NCBI GenBank assembly: GCA_963736115.1
Contig: CAVTNR010000017.1
Coordinates: forward strand, 53,110-117,109
Reading direction: 5' to 3'
Length of the DNA: 64,000 nucleotides
Origin: an uncultured bacterium
GTDB lineage: Bacteria; Zhuqueibacterota; QNDG01; DTFT01
The position numbers and the translations under genes were made by a program. Shown in pieces: positions 1 to 8,900 of the stretch (position 1 is its first letter; every line of letters starts with the position of its first letter). Under the pieces are notes generated by a model that made no database searches, had not been told where the DNA came from, and saw only the letters and a list, made by a program, of their open reading frames with translations.

Positions 1-38
1 AGCAGCGGCGGGAGCCATTTTCGGTTCAGGTTCTTCAT
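1..38 (-). CDS. N-terminal fragment of the next gene of the DUF11 operon (runs off the window edge)
   Basis: ATG at 38-36, 7 nt after the stop of 46..3579. Reads MKNLNRKWLPPLL, which resembles the start of a signal peptide. Confidence 0.5.
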   Translation of the reverse strand, partial: MKNLNRKWLPPL

Positions 39-45
39 GCCCGGT

Positions 46-3000
46 TCACCTGCTCTTCTCAATCGTGAAATTCGCCTTGGCCATTCCGCCCGGCGGAACC
101 AGGACGAGGCGCGATTTCGGGTCGTCGAGGAAACCGAAGTCCGACACGGTGACCCGCGTCCCCTCCGGAAGCGTCTTCTCGTTCAGCCGGACGACGTGCT
201 GGCCCTCCCCGACGTCCGGTATGGAATACTTGCCGAAGGTGTCGGTGCGGACGCGCGTTCCGTCCTCGAGGATCAGCTCGATGTTGCCGATTCCGGGTTC
301 CCCGCGGTCATGGGACGCGTTTCCGTCCAGGTCCTCGTACACCTTGCCGATGATCAGGCCGCGCTCGTCGAACGCGCCTCCGGACACGAGCACAGCGGCG
401 CTGGCCTCGGGAGAAACCACGAGAACGCCGCCCGCGGTCGAGGCCGTGGCCGTCGCGAGATTCTTCAGCTCCCCGCGGCCCGCGGAGAGTCCGATCCGGA
501 CACGGTATTTGATCTGCACGCTTCCTGCCGGCGGAACGGCGCGCCGGATCGTCCACGTCATCAGGGGCCGGCCGCCGGATTCCGTGACGGATGGATCCGG
601 TCCCGGAATCGAGTCGATCCGGGTCGTGCCGGGTTCGTACCGGAAGCCCTTGGGAAGACGGTCGAACACCATGACGGAGACCAGGGAGTCGTCCGCGCTC
701 TGGTTCAGGCAGGTGACGGTGTAGGTCAGGACGTCGCCGCCCTGGGCCGTTTTCCGGTTCACGGTCTTGTGGACGTCCAGGAAAGACCGGACGAGCCGCG
801 TCCGGGCTTGGGTGCGGGAATGGTCCGCGCTTAGGGCGGTGTCGCCGTCGCAGATGATGCGCGCCGTGTTCTCGATCTCCAGGACTCCGGGCGCCAGGCC
901 GGGCCGGACCACGGTTTTCAGGACGATCGAGTCCGGACGGCCCGCGGCGAGGCCGGACTGGACGAATTCCAGGAGGTTCGTCACCGGATCGTAGGAAACC
1001 AGCCTGGCGGAGGGTTTCAACAGCACCGATTCGGGAACCAGCGCGAGTTCGGGGGGCAAAAAGTCCGTGATCCGGACATCGCCCGTCACGTCCCGGTCGG
1101 GCACGCCGAAACGAAGAACATAGGAGAGAGTGTCACCGGAAACCGCGGTGGTTTTATCCACGGTTTTCGACAGCCAGAGGCCGTTCCCGGGCAGCAGGGT
1201 GATTGCCGCGTCCGTCACACGGATCGCGCCTGTGGAGTGCACGCAGGTCAGCCAGGCGATGTTGTCCACCCGGGTGCGCGAACCCAGCCTTTCCGTGACG
1301 CGGACGTCCAGGAACACCGTGTCCCGGTCCCCCGGAACCAGGTCGGGAAGCCGCCAGATCACGGCGCCGGTCGAACCGGACCCCGTGCCGGCCCCTGTTT
1401 TGGGCGCGGCCGTCACGGTGCGTGCCGACGCGTCGAACGTCCAGTCGGCCGTGGCGCCGATGAATTCGAGATACTCCGGCAGGGTGTCGGTCAAAACCGG
1501 ATTGAACGCGGGGATGTCTCCGATGTTCGTGGACACCAGACGGTACCGGATCGTGTCGCCGATGAAGGTGGTGCGGGGTCCTGTGATCTCCAGGGCCAGC
1601 ACCGGAGGCGAAATCACGGTGATGCCCCAGCGGGAACTGTCCTGGGCGCCGGCCGAGGAAACCGCCCAGACCCGGTTGTCGATGAAGGTGCTGTCCGGCA
1701 CCGGCCTGGGGACGGTCACGGTGAGACGGAGCGTGTCGTGGAATCCCGGAGAGAGGTTCCGCAAAGTCCAGGTCACGATGCTGTCCCGGCAGGTGCCGCC
1801 GTGCGTCGCGGACATGAATTTCAGTCTCGGGTTCAGGGTGTCGAGAACCGTGACGGTCGTGGACTGGGCGGGAACGCCGTTCGACAGGATCAGGTCATAG
1901 GTCAGCGTGTCGCCGGCCCACCAGGTCCGTTTTGCCGCCTGCTTGATGATTTCAATGCCGGATCCGGTGTTCCGGAAGGCCGAGGCCGCGGAAGCGAGGA
2001 CAGGCCCGGTCTCAACGGAGGTGAATCGGGCCGTGTTCCGTATCGTGTCCCCGGACACGGTCGCGGAAACCCGGGCCCGCAGTCGGAACTCGCGGCTCGT
2101 CCGGTAATCCAGAGAACCGATTGTCCATGTCAGGACGCCGCCGGATGTGTCCGCGGCCGGATCGGACGAGATCAGGTCCAGGCCCGCGGGCAGGATGTCG
2201 GAAACGGTCACGGAATTGAGGACTTCCGTGCCCGTGTTCGACGCGGTCATCAGGTACTCGAGCGTGTCTCCCGGGGCGCATTCGGAAGCGCCTGCGCGTT
2301 TTTCGAAGAGAATGCCCGGTTTCGAGGAAACGCGGATTTCCCAGGCCGAGCTGTCCCGCACGCCGAAGGCCGCGCGGGCCCAGGCTTCGTTCCGGATGCG
2401 CGTCCCGTCCCGGACGGGGACCGTGATTCCGGCCATGAGCTTCAGCGTGTCGCCGAAATCCGGCTCGAGACCGGAAAATTGCCAGGTGACGATGCTGTCG
2501 GCGCAGACACCGCCGTGGGAGGCGTGGATGAAAGCCAGCCCTGGCGGCAGGGTGTCGGTCAAAGTAACATCGACCAGCGGCCGGACGCCTGAGCCCCTCA
2601 GGACCAGGCTGTAGGCGATCGTGTCGCCCGCTGCATAGGCGGTGTCACGCGCAAGCTTGACCAGCTCGATTCCGGCGCCGGGTCCGAGCGAGACCGCGGC
2701 GGCTGAGGCTGTGTCTGAATCGGCCTCGGAGGAGACGAGGACGGCGCGGTTCAAGAGCGTGTCGCCGGCCGCGCCGGATAGGGCGCGGGCCAGAAGGGTC
2801 AGGCGGGCCTGCCCGTCTTTGGGGAGAAGGTCGACCGTCCAGGAGACGACGGATCCGTCGACTTCCACGGTCCGGTCGGATGAAAGGAATGTCAGCCCTT
2901 CGGGCAATGTGTCGCGGACCGCCACATGGGTCAGGTCCGTGACACCGGTGTTGCGGGCCGTCAGGGCATAGGCGAGCGTGTCGCCCGCGTAGAAGCGCCG

Positions 3001-3579
3001 AGGCGAAACGGTTTTCGAAAGTTCCGCCTCGGACCACGGCAACCAGCGGACAGGAACGGGCGCCGACCGGCCGGCCGGCGTCCCGTCCGCCGAATAGGAT
3101 ACGCGGTTGACAATGGTTTCGGAGTAGTTGGATTTCAGAACCCTGCAATGGAGCCGGAGGGTGACGGACGCGCCGGGATCAATCGAGGGAAGAATCCACT
3201 CGACCGCATTTCCCCGGACCGTGCCCGAAGGAACGGATGAAACGAGGGAGAGCATGACGGGAAGCGAGTCCGTGATCGTGACCCGGGTCAGGCGGGCGGT
3301 TCCCGCGTTCCTCGCCGTGATTTCATACGCGAGGGTGTCGCCAGCGGACACGGACGTGCGGGAGGCGGTCTTCACCACCTCCAGCACGCCGGCCCTGACT
3401 TCGGTCACGACCGTGTCGGTCGGCAGGGTGACCACCGTGCCGGCGCCGCCGTCATACGACACATAGGCCGTATTCACGATGGCGGCGCCGGCCGGGGCCT
3501 GTGCCGCCCATGCCGAACCGGTCAGGATCGCTGTGAACAATCCGGACAGTAAGGAAAATTTACTGTTCTGCCGCTTCAT
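46..3579 (-). CDS. Secreted multi-DUF11 protein (8 repeats) with C-terminal SdrD-B-like domain; putative base subunit
   Basis: Signal peptide ending AWA. Eight repeats of pattern K.V....GD.L.Y...N.G......D.LP...W...I.N.A (repeat 6 lacks the Lys). C-terminal IIGKVYEDLDGN..D.GEPGI motif. Confidence 0.85.
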   Translation of the reverse strand: MKRQNSKFSLLSGLFTAILTGSAWAAQAPAGAAIVNTAYVSYDGGAGTVVTLPTDTVVTEVRAGVLEVVKTASRTSVSAGDTLAYEITARNAGTARLTRVTITDSLPVMLSLVSSVPSGTVRGNAVEWILPSIDPGASVTLRLHCRVLKSNYSETIVNRVSYSADGTPAGRSAPVPVRWLPWSEAELSKTVSPRRFYAGDTLAYALTARNTGVTDLTHVAVRDTLPEGLTFLSSDRTVEVDGSVVSWTVDLLPKDGQARLTLLARALSGAAGDTLLNRAVLVSSEADSDTASAAAVSLGPGAGIELVKLARDTAYAAGDTIAYSLVLRGSGVRPLVDVTLTDTLPPGLAFIHASHGGVCADSIVTWQFSGLEPDFGDTLKLMAGITVPVRDGTRIRNEAWARAAFGVRDSSAWEIRVSSKPGILFEKRAGASECAPGDTLEYLMTASNTGTEVLNSVTVSDILPAGLDLISSDPAADTSGGVLTWTIGSLDYRTSREFRLRARVSATVSGDTIRNTARFTSVETGPVLASAASAFRNTGSGIEIIKQAAKRTWWAGDTLTYDLILSNGVPAQSTTVTVLDTLNPRLKFMSATHGGTCRDSIVTWTLRNLSPGFHDTLRLTVTVPRPVPDSTFIDNRVWAVSSAGAQDSSRWGITVISPPVLALEITGPRTTFIGDTIRYRLVSTNIGDIPAFNPVLTDTLPEYLEFIGATADWTFDASARTVTAAPKTGAGTGSGSTGAVIWRLPDLVPGDRDTVFLDVRVTERLGSRTRVDNIAWLTCVHSTGAIRVTDAAITLLPGNGLWLSKTVDKTTAVSGDTLSYVLRFGVPDRDVTGDVRITDFLPPELALVPESVLLKPSARLVSYDPVTNLLEFVQSGLAAGRPDSIVLKTVVRPGLAPGVLEIENTARIICDGDTALSADHSRTQARTRLVRSFLDVHKTVNRKTAQGGDVLTYTVTCLNQSADDSLVSVMVFDRLPKGFRYEPGTTRIDSIPGPDPSVTESGGRPLMTWTIRRAVPPAGSVQIKYRVRIGLSAGRGELKNLATATASTAGGVLVVSPEASAAVLVSGGAFDERGLIIGKVYEDLDGNASHDRGEPGIGNIELILEDGTRVRTDTFGKYSIPDVGEGQHVVRLNEKTLPEGTRVTVSDFGFLDDPKSRLVLVPPGGMAKANFTIEKSR

Positions 3580-3609
3580 ATCTCCCGGTGACCGTCCCGT
3601 TGGGGACGG

Positions 3610-5271
3610 TTAATCGATGACCACCTGGAACGAAACCGTCACCGAAGCGCCGGCTGCAACCGTTCCCACTCCGAAAACCGCAGTCGTGCCGTCGCACTCG
3701 CTTTCATCGGTCGGAGAGTCGGAGGCGTCGGTTGGATTCGCGGCGCCGACATACAGAGTTCCGGACTGATAGGTGGTGTTCGCCGGAACAGCGTCCTTGA
3801 CAACGACATTGGTCGCGTCTCCGGACCCGCTGTTGGTGATCGTGACCGAATAGGTCAGCGTGGCTCCCGGGGGTTGGTCGCCGGCGGGGGACACTTCCTT
3901 GTCGAGGCTGAGGACGGGAGCCGTCACCGTGGTGGTGGCGGTCTCGTCGCTGGTGGCCGAGTTGTCGTCCGATGTGGCGCGGAACACGGAAGCGTCCACG
4001 GTGGCGTCCGCCGTCCCCGCGGGTATGGTCGCGACCGCCCACATGGCCTGGGAGCCGCCCGATGCAATCGAACCGGTGTTCGTGGCGGCTACGTCGCCGG
4101 CGTCGAAAATGCCGTTGTCGTTGGCGTCGATGTAAAACGTCCATGACCAGGTCTGGGTGCTCGACACGTTGGAGAGCGTGTAGCTGTCCGCCCCGTTTCC
4201 GCTGTTGTTCACCGTGATCAGGTAGCGGACCACGTCTCCGGGATCGCCGCTCTGGGAGGCCGGAGCGATGTCGGTCGAGAAACCGTAGGTTTCGTTCACG
4301 GTCACGCGTCGGCCGTTGGTGTTGTTCGCGACCGCGACGACCTGCGTGTACGGCTGGGTGGCGCTGTCGTTGTAGTCAAGCGTGATCTGGTTGTCGATGG
4401 TGGTTCCGGCGGCCAGGGGCGAGTTCACCTGCACCTGGTAGGTGATGGTGCCGGATCCGCCCGCGGTCACGTTGCCGACGGACACCGGAACGCCTGAGCC
4501 CGTGCCCGTGGGCGTACCGTTGAGCGTCACGTTGCCCACCCACGCGCAGTTGGCAGGCACCGGAAGGGCGACGGATACGCCGTAGGCCGTCTCGGAGTTG
4601 GTGTCGTTGCTGTTGCCGTAGGTGACCGTGTAGGTGATGACGTCGCCCGGATCCTTGGCAACGGCGTCCGGAGAAAGGCCGGCGGTCATCAGGGCGGCCT
4701 GGACGGTGGTGGTCAGAACCGAATTGTCGGTCGCGGCGCCGCTGCCCTGCGACGTTGCGGTCACGGTGGTCACGTACTGTTCACCCTGGGTGCCGTCCGC
4801 GTCGGAAACGACCACAACAAGATAATAAACGGAGTCTGCGGCAAGAGCGGACGTCGCGGACACGACTGATTCGCCTGCGTCATAAACTCCGTCCCGGTCC
4901 GTGTCCTCGTAAATGGTGACCGTGTGGCCGGAGCCGGTTGTGAGCTGGGACAGATCGAACGTGTCCGTCCCGTTCCCGGTGTTCTCGACGGTCAGGGCAT
5001 AGGTCACGCTCTGGTTGCGCGGCAGGTTCTTGGACTGCGTGGACTCGATATCCACGCCGAAGGCCTGCGCGACCGTGGTCGACACTTCATCGGACTCGAT
5101 TCGTGTCGCGGGGTCGTCGACGTCGGCGATGACATTGCCGTTTGCGTCGCTGTAGCCGCCGTAGGCCCGGTTGGTGATGACCGTTCCGGCAGGCGTGCCC
5201 GCCGCGAACGTCTGCGCCGCGAGGCCGAAGGCCAGCAGCACAGTCATTGCGAATGACATCTTCCTGTTCAT
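3610..5271 (-). CDS. Secreted DUF11/Ig-repeat protein; putative major (shaft) subunit
   Basis: ATG at 5271 with AAGGAG RBS. Signal peptide ending TFA. Mature N-terminus AGTPAGTVITNRA. Last DUF11 domain ends at FQVVID-stop. Confidence 0.85.
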   Translation of the reverse strand: MNRKMSFAMTVLLAFGLAAQTFAAGTPAGTVITNRAYGGYSDANGNVIADVDDPATRIESDEVSTTVAQAFGVDIESTQSKNLPRNQSVTYALTVENTGNGTDTFDLSQLTTGSGHTVTIYEDTDRDGVYDAGESVVSATSALAADSVYYLVVVVSDADGTQGEQYVTTVTATSQGSGAATDNSVLTTTVQAALMTAGLSPDAVAKDPGDVITYTVTYGNSNDTNSETAYGVSVALPVPANCAWVGNVTLNGTPTGTGSGVPVSVGNVTAGGSGTITYQVQVNSPLAAGTTIDNQITLDYNDSATQPYTQVVAVANNTNGRRVTVNETYGFSTDIAPASQSGDPGDVVRYLITVNNSGNGADSYTLSNVSSTQTWSWTFYIDANDNGIFDAGDVAATNTGSIASGGSQAMWAVATIPAGTADATVDASVFRATSDDNSATSDETATTTVTAPVLSLDKEVSPAGDQPPGATLTYSVTITNSGSGDATNVVVKDAVPANTTYQSGTLYVGAANPTDASDSPTDESECDGTTAVFGVGTVAAGASVTVSFQVVID

Positions 5272-5346
5272 TGCTGTTGCTCCTTGTCTTGGTTTTTTAA
5301 CAGTTTCGATTGCCGTTGATGACACAGTTCCGGTCTTCGTCCGGCG

Positions 5347-5397
5347 CTACGGAGGGCCGTGATTGGCGGATCCTCCCCGATAGTCGAGGGATCTCAT
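5347..5397 (-). CDS. 16-aa upstream ORF MRSLDYRGGSANHGPP; candidate leader/arrest peptide
   Basis: AGGAGG RBS 7 nt before ATG (5397). Stop TAG at 5349-5347. Ends in HGPP-stop. Below the ORF-track length cutoff. Confidence 0.55.
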   Translation of the reverse strand: MRSLDYRGGSANHGPP

Positions 5398-5452
5398 ACA
5401 GATACCTCCTTTTCTTTTTTTTTGTTTATACTTTATTAATTTAAATATCGCA

Positions 5453-5935
5453 TTATTCCACAACCGCGCGGAAGGACAGGGTCTTCCGCCCCCCAGGCGC
5501 CAGAGTGTCTTTCAGGATCCACTTGATGTGCGTAACCTCTTCATTTCTGGCCGGCCGTTCGATTTTCACGCCATTGACGTTGGTGGCCGTTACCATCACG
5601 GGCCATACCGAGTAGACCATCCCCTTGTTGACCGAGAACACGATTCTGCAGTTGTCGCCTCTGGCCGAGTCGACGATGTAACGGACACCCTCCGGAACGG
5701 GATCCACGACCTCGGGCTGGGTCATGACCCCTGTCCCCGCGTTCCCGGCGAGAATGACGTATTCAATGGTATCGCCGGGCGCATAGGACACCGGCGTTTT
5801 GCCGGATATTTCGTCCGCGGTCATGTTGATTTTCCGCTCGGAGACGTCCAGCTGCAGCTTCGGCTTCCCCTGGGCGAACGCCTGGAGGGCGGTCAGGGCC
5901 AGTCCGAGAGACAGGATGATGCGGATGCGTTTCAT
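5453..5935 (-). CDS. Small secreted single-DUF11 protein
   Basis: ATG at 5935 after GAAGGGGG. Signal peptide ending AFA. PGDTIEY..N.G...VVDPVP motif, ends FRAVVE-stop. Confidence 0.8.
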   Translation of the reverse strand: MKRIRIILSLGLALTALQAFAQGKPKLQLDVSERKINMTADEISGKTPVSYAPGDTIEYVILAGNAGTGVMTQPEVVDPVPEGVRYIVDSARGDNCRIVFSVNKGMVYSVWPVMVTATNVNGVKIERPARNEEVTHIKWILKDTLAPGGRKTLSFRAVVE

Positions 5936-5961
5936 GGTGTTTCCCCCTTCGTGGATGGTGG

Positions 5962-8900
5962 TCATTGTATCCTCACTCTGAATGTGACTTCGCCGGATTC
6001 AGCCGGCGCCAGCGCGGAAGGCCGCTGGAACCTGATGTGCGTGACCGGCGCCGTGTCTGCGCCGTCGTAACTGGAACCGCCGTTGTGGCTGTAAAAGACG
6101 TTCATGCCGGATGCGGAGACGGATCCGGTGACGAAGGTGGTGCGTGCCGGTATGGTCTCCAGGACGGTTACGGCCGTGGCGTTTCCGTCCCCGATGTTCT
6201 CGTATCCGATGGTGTAGGTCAGTTCTTCGCCCGGCGCGGCGGTTCCCTTGTCCACGGACTTGGAAAGAACAAGCTGGGGAGCGCCGACGCCCGTGCCCTG
6301 GATGGCAAAGGTGTAGGGATTCTCATCCGAGTCGTTGTTCTCGATGGAGACGGAGGCGGAACGGGCGCCGATGGCCGACGGATTGAATGTGATCTGGAAC
6401 GAGGTGCTGTCACCCATCGGGTCCACGGCGGACTCGGGCGTCAGGGTCACGGTGAAATCGGAGGCGTGGGCGCCGGAAACGGAGACATGGGGGGAACCGC
6501 CGGTCAGGGTCAGCACCGCGCTGCCCGGATTCCGGATTTTGAACGTGTGGGTGACCGTCGCCCCGGAGACCGGGGCGTTCCCGAAGTCCGTGTCGTCCGC
6601 GACGGACGGGGTCGCGTCGCCGCTGGCGATCTCCACGTCCCGGCCGGTCACCTTGATTTCGGGGGCCGCCGTTCCGGTGCCCTGAACGGTGAAGTTGTAG
6701 GGATTCTCGTCCGAATCGCCGTTGAAGATCCGGATCTCGGCCTGCCGCAGTCCCGTGAGAGTCGGGTTGAAAGTCACCCGGAAGGTCAGGGATCCGCCGC
6801 CCGCGGGCACGACGCCGGAGGAAGGCTGCTGGCTGACCAGGAAATCGCCGGCATTCGCGCCCGTGATTTCCACGCGCGGCGTGCCGGTCAGGCTCAGGTC
6901 CGCGCTGCCGGTGTTGAAAATCGTAAAGGTGCGGGTGATGGTATCCGTCAGAATGTCCCCGCTGCCGAAATCCGTGGAATCCGTGACGGACGGAGCGGCG
7001 TCTCCGTCCGCGATGGATACGCCGTTGCCCCGCACGTCCATTTCCGGAGTCGCGGTGCCGGTGCCCTGGATGGAGAAGTTGTACGGATTCTCGTCCGGGT
7101 CCGTGTTGGCGACGGTGATTTCAGCGGACCGGAGTCCGACGGCGGAGGGGTTGAAGCGCACGACGAAGGTCACGGAGCCGTTGACGGCCACGGTGCCGGA
7201 CGCGGGCTGGGTCACGACGCTGAAATCCGCCCCGTTCGCGCCCGCGATCTGGACACGGGGCGAACCGGTCAGGAGGAGGGACTCGGTGGCGGTGCCCAGG
7301 TTCCGGATGGTGAAGGTGCGGTCGATCGTGCCCGTGAGGATGTCGAGGCTCCCGAAATCCGTGTGGTCCGACAGGGAAGGCGCGGTGTCTCCGTCGGGGA
7401 TCGACACGGAATTGCCCTGCACGTCCATTTCCGGGGCCAGGCCCGTGCCCTGGATCGCGAAATTGTACGGATCCTCGTTCGAGTCGTTGTTGTAGATGGT
7501 GATGGTCGCGGACCGCAGGCCTATGCCGCCGGGGTCGAAGCGCACCTGGAAGGTGGTGGAAACGTTCCTCGCGATGGTCGAGGACGGGTCGACGATCACG
7601 GTGAAGTCCGCGGCGTGTGTCCCGCCGATCTCCACGAGGGGCGTGCCGTACAGGGTCAGTGCGGCTGCGCCGGTGTTGCGGATGGTGAACGTCCGCCTGA
7701 CGGTTCCGAGATAAGCCGAAGCGCTGCCGAATTCCGTGCTGTCCAGAACGGACGGCGTGGCATCACCGTCCGCGATGGTCCTGTTGTTGCCTCGCACATC
7801 GATTTCAGGGAAAGTCGTCTGCCGGATGGCAGCGTCGCAATTCGTGATGAGAATGTTGGCGGTCATGAGGTAATTGGCCGTGTTCCCGGTTGTCGCGTTG
7901 GGATCGCTGTCCAGGTCGTCGTTGCCGCCCAGGTTCTGCTTTCCTATGATGTAACCGCCCGGCAGGCCGCCGTTGAAATTCACGTAGTACTGGGATCCAG
8001 CGGTCAGTCCGCCGAAGTAGTAGAATCCGTCCGAATTGGTCGTGGTCGTTGATGTCAGAACCCCGCCGGATGTGTACAGCCGCACCAGAACGCCGGGCAC
8101 GCCGAGTTCACCCGAATCCTGTATCCCGTCGTTGTCCGTGTCCTCCCAGACCCGGTCCCCGATGCCCGTGGTGCGCACGCCGGCGTCGTACAAGTCTTTG
8201 ATTTCGCCCGCGGACAGGCTGAATGTCGCCGTAATGCCGGTCGCATCCGCGTCGCTGTCGATGAAGTCGTTCGATCCCTGATCCCGCAGGGCGAAGGAAA
8301 AGCCGGCGGGAAGTCCGGAGAACCGGAGGTAGTATTGCCCCACGGTGATGCCGCTGAAACCGTACGCGCCGTCCCCGTCCGTCACCGTCGACGCCACTAT
8401 TGCGCCGCCGCTGGTGTGCAGGGTGACGGTCACGCCGGACATTCCGGGTTCCTCCGAATCCTGGATGCCGTCGTTGTCCTGGTCGATCCACACGAAATTG
8501 CCCGCGTAGCCCGTGCTCGGGAAGGGCGCCGGGGCGAGGGGGCAGGAAGCGCCGTCGTTGTTGTTCAGGCCTGATACGCCGGTGCCGATATACACGCTCT
8601 CGCCCGAGGAAACATCGATACGATACAAACGGCCGCTCTGGTTGTTTCCCGCGTACAGATAGCCGTCGCTGGCCGTCCACGTGGCGCCCCAGGTGCCGTT
8701 GTTGATGCCCGCGTCATAATCGTCCGCCAGGCTGCCGGTGATGGAAGAAGCGACTGTCTGCCCCGATGATCCGTTGAAACGGTAGAGCTCCTTGTAGTAC
8801 ACCCCCCAGAAATACCCGTCCTGCGTCCGGTAGGCCATGTCGCGCGCGAGAAAGGCCGGTCCGCCCGTGGCCTGTGTTGTCACCGTGTTCGCGCTGATGT

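Noticed and set aside
5272-5346. c-di-GMP riboswitch upstream of the DUF11 genes
   Set aside because: No GGCAAAC...GAAA...GACGCAAAG-type core found by eye here or upstream of 11706/12106.
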